Virus record (IMG/VR): IMGVR_UViG_3300037455_001519
From: an uncultured virus (IMG/VR IMGVR_UViG_3300037455_001519)
Lineage: Duplodnaviria; Heunggongvirae; Uroviricota; Caudoviricetes
Direction: 5' to 3' (one strand)
DNA length: 20,000 nucleotides
A program made the position numbers and the translations under genes. A model generated the notes under the pieces. The model was not told the origin of the DNA, did not search any database, and worked only from the letters and a program-made list of their open reading frames with translations. This document shows, one piece after another, positions 17,587-20,000 of this stretch; the stretch's first letter is position 1; each line of letters opens with the position of its first letter.

Positions 17587-18031
17587 ATAAGTAGAGGAAA
17601 GGATTCCCGCTTATAAGTGCTACATATGTTAGCACAAGTCTCTGATAATTTTAAAATAACCCTAATTATTTATTTTAAAATAAGACATTTGCCTTTAACA
17701 GGGTTGAGACTTTTTTACTCGTCTTAAACATTCCAATGCGAAAAACTTTTTAGTTTTGCGCGGGGCACTTAGTTTAAGAATGGATAAAAGAACTGTGAAA
17801 TTCGTTTAATCAATTTGAGGGAATTGATAAACATTAAGAATTTCCTTTTACATAAAAAGCAGTACATATGGCTGCTGTAATTGGTTCTATTTTTATCCTA
17901 GGGTTAAAAAAATAAATGTCAATAGCCAAAGGTCTTTCCAATGGCTTAGTACATATAAAGGTATTCCCGTATATATTTTTATATGTATATCTTATTTTTG
18001 TACCAAAGCTCCGCGCTGAGGTACTTTTTTT
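17587..18031 (+). ncRNA. Candidate large, highly structured ncRNA (~445 nt)
   Basis: ORF-free and GC-enriched relative to other spacers. TATAAT at 17575-17580. About ten stems with G-U pairs favouring the + strand, several long-range pairings, and a 3' hairpin followed by U7. Confidence 0.75.
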
Positions 18032-18047
18032 GTGCACTAAAAAAGTA
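18000..18047. terminator. Terminator region between ncRNA (+) and ORF 18061-19044 (-)
   Basis: GTACC...GGTAC followed by TTTTTTT, overlapping TACTTTTTT-tgtgcact-AAAAAAGTA. Confidence 0.65.
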
Positions 18048-18060
18048 AGATATTTCTATC

Positions 18061-19044
18061 TTACTTTCTTAATGTTTGAACCATTTTAACTAATCTATCA
18101 AAAACTCTGTAAATCTTTTGCATTTGGTCTTTTCTTATTATATAATAATCTTTTGCAATAAGAGCTTTTTCTTCTTTTAATTTAATATTTTCATTCTTAA
18201 TATTTTCATATTCTTGTTTAATAATATTAAACTCTTCTTTTATTTGTTGAATTTCATTCTCTTTTTCTTCTAAATTATTTTTATAAATTAAATTTAAGCT
18301 TTCTTTTTCTTGTTGTTCAGCTAATAAAGAATTATTTAATTCTTCTTCCCTACCTCTAATTTCTTTAACAAAATCAGAATTTACAAGTTTAAACGCTTCT
18401 GTATTAATATTGTTAATTTGTTCTATACTTAATTCAGTCGTTTCTTTTGTTGCAGGTAATTCGACAGTATCTTCATTACCTTCTTCTTCTAAAACTTCTT
18501 TAACTTTATCAACTAATTCTTCATCAATTTCTTGATTATGTGTATTAGATACATTTTCTTCTAATACTTCCACAGCTTCTTCAGCTGTATTTATAGTTTC
18601 ATCTAAGCTACCTGTATTAGTTTCATTAATAATATCTTGAACATCTTCTGTAGAATCATTTTCAATATTTTCTACAACTGATTGAACGTCTTCGTCATTA
18701 CTTAATTCGATATTATCTAATCTAAAATTAAGTCCATTTCCGTCAACATATTTGATAAGTGGTTTAGTATCCATAATATCAATTGGAGATACAAAATAGC
18801 TATAAACAATTCTAGCAATTTCTATTTCAGCAGCTCCTAATGTTTTACCACCAAATCTTAAAGTTAAATAAGCTTTATTATCTTTAACTAATGGTTCATA
18901 TTTTTCACCATCAAGAGTTTCGATTTTTCCACTTTCAAAAATTTTATAAGAATGAAATTTAATGTATCTACCTCTACCTTGTTTTACGATAGATACTTCC
19001 TCATTATTTGAGAATATCTTTTTTAATGCGTTCAACATATACAC
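18061..19044 (-). CDS. Degenerate HNH-like N-terminal domain with acidic linker and coiled coil
   Basis: YKIFESGKI...YLTLRF...IARIVYSYF...IKYVDGNGLNFRLDNIE parallels the phage HNH pattern (vHRlv..aF...vnHidG.k.nN...NLe) with both His replaced. C-terminal coiled coil. Confidence 0.6.
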   Translation of the reverse strand: MYMLNALKKIFSNNEEVSIVKQGRGRYIKFHSYKIFESGKIETLDGEKYEPLVKDNKAYLTLRFGGKTLGAAEIEIARIVYSYFVSPIDIMDTKPLIKYVDGNGLNFRLDNIELSNDEDVQSVVENIENDSTEDVQDIINETNTGSLDETINTAEEAVEVLEENVSNTHNQEIDEELVDKVKEVLEEEGNEDTVELPATKETTELSIEQINNINTEAFKLVNSDFVKEIRGREEELNNSLLAEQQEKESLNLIYKNNLEEKENEIQQIKEEFNIIKQEYENIKNENIKLKEEKALIAKDYYIIRKDQMQKIYRVFDRLVKMVQTLRK

Positions 19045-19077
19045 CTCCTAGGAAATACTTTTTGTGTGGTCTATATA

Positions 19078-19106
19078 ATTATAACAGTCTTTTTGAAAAA
19101 TGTCAA
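19078..19106 (-). promoter_or_regulatory. Consensus sigmaA promoter
   Basis: Minus strand TTGACA-N17-TATAAT with TG extended -10. Confidence 0.8.
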
Positions 19107-19679
19107 CTATCTATTTAAACTTCCTACAATACTTAAACAAATAGATGTTATTAAAGGAATCATTCCTATAAACATTGCCGTAGCAAATATATCACCTATT
19201 TTTCCAATAACTTCTTGTCTTCTTTGTGGATTGTTAGATGCAGCTCCTAAATTAATCATATTGTAAACAAAACCAAAACCAAGAATAAAGATGATAATAC
19301 CAATAGCAGTATTGATTATGTTTTTGATTAATGAAATTAGACCTTGCATTTTTTCACCATATACCGTAGTATTACTTCCTCCACTACCTTCTTTTAATGG
19401 ATATTTATAATATTTAATAGCAATATTTCCATTATCATTAGAATAAAAACTAGATATTCTACTTTTCATATTATAACAATCGGACCCACTTGCTCTAGGG
19501 TCACAAGCACAAGTTTTAGCTTCTTCACTAAAATCAGAAGACGAATTTCCATTTTTATTATTAGCAATAGTAGATGGGCTACAATATTTAACAGCACTAA
19601 CAGTGCTATGATTTATAGTACCAATAAATAAAAATACGCTAAAAAACGAAAATAAGATTACAAATATTTTTTTATTCAT
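19107..19679 (-). CDS. Secreted/membrane protein with C-terminal VirB2/TrbC-pilin-like hairpin
   Basis: Signal peptide and a 4-Cys domain, then TM-NLGAASNNPQRRQEV-TM, a pilin-like two-helix arrangement. RBS GGGAGGT. Confidence 0.6.
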   Translation of the reverse strand: MNKKIFVILFSFFSVFLFIGTINHSTVSAVKYCSPSTIANNKNGNSSSDFSEEAKTCACDPRASGSDCYNMKSRISSFYSNDNGNIAIKYYKYPLKEGSGGSNTTVYGEKMQGLISLIKNIINTAIGIIIFILGFGFVYNMINLGAASNNPQRRQEVIGKIGDIFATAMFIGMIPLITSICLSIVGSLNR

Positions 19680-19780
19680 ATATACAACCTCCCAAAGGAT
19701 TTTTTAACTTCTTTTATATTATATGGTAAATAAGTAGTAAATAGAAATAATTTTAATTAAAGAAAAATTTTCTTTTTTCT

Positions 19781-20000
19781 TATTATTATATATAAATATA
19801 ATTATATATAATATCAATATAAATTCTCAATAATATCAATATATTATATATAATTAATAATATTTATTTATTAAAATAAATAATATCAAAATAAAAAAAA
19901 TAAATTATTTATTATAAATAATAAAAATATTATTTTTTATATTAAATATAAAATATTATTTTTATATTAATTAATAATTAATTATTTATTATTTAAAAAA
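19781..20000. other. Extreme AT tract with short imperfect repeats
   Basis: 5 C and 0 G in 220 nt. AATATCAA occurs three times; imperfect tandem AAAATATTATTTTT(T)ATATTAA at ~19923-19970. Confidence 0.6.

Noticed and set aside
17591..17950. RNase P RNA (GTAGAGGAAAG at 17591 and ATGGCTTA at 17941 resemble type B conserved regions)
   Set aside because: GAGGAAAG is not followed by TCC, the two segments cannot form P4, there is no room for P1-P3 after the predicted start, and no ACA(G/A)AA precedes the 3' motif.
17587..18031. tmRNA, tRNA, or group I/II intron identity for the structured region
   Set aside because: No GGGG...CCA acceptor stem or T-arm, no tag ORF ending in Ala-Ala, no domain V or canonical P7 motif, and it does not interrupt a gene.
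17834..18037. 67-aa minus-strand ORF, and a 9-codon ORF at 17780-17809
   Set aside because: No RBS and atypical composition; both overlap the structured RNA, whose G-U pairs favour the + strand.
1049..19266. Shadow ORFs 1049-1258, 3655-3903, 8008-8226, 11591-11902, 13808-14029, 14667-14912, 15391-15588, 17078-17338 and 19066-19266
   Set aside because: Antisense to better-supported genes, lack RBSs, and show the F/I/L/S-rich composition expected of reverse-complement frames.
1..20000. Alternative genetic code (TGA=Trp or TAG recoding)
   Set aside because: Conserved genes are full-length under code 11, use TGG for Trp, and TAG/TAA stops coincide with terminators.
19781..20000. CRISPR array or leader
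   Set aside because: No regular repeat-spacer periodicity and no cas genes in the window.

Overview
Extremely AT-rich DNA from a low-GC Bacillota (Firmicutes)-type system, with GGAGG RBSs and TTGACA-N17-TATAAT promoters. It most likely belongs to a large extrachromosomal element (giant conjugative plasmid or jumbo phage) rather than core chromosome. Genes are mostly monocistronic, alternate in orientation and are separated by bidirectional terminators. Recognisable products: ClpP, RecD2-like helicase, HD-GYP phosphodiesterase, NrdG, signal peptidase I, a CPHC thioredoxin-like protein, a 3D-domain protein, a degenerate VirD4/TraD-like ATPase, a VirB2-like pilin, and several small membrane proteins missed by the ORF track. 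The standout is an ORF-free ~445 nt (+) strand unit at ~17587-18031. It has its own -10 box and 3' U-tract and folds by eye into about ten helices, several long-range pseudoknots (including a 9-bp GC-rich pairing) and complementary palindromic CAUAUG kissing loops, making it a candidate large ornate ncRNA. Also notable are a ~115 nt sRNA with an anti-SD-like loop (8944-9057), a membrane protein fusing two catalytically degenerate nucleases, and a shared N-x-N...G pilin-like motif in three small membrane proteins. All calls come from manual motif reading; no searches were run.
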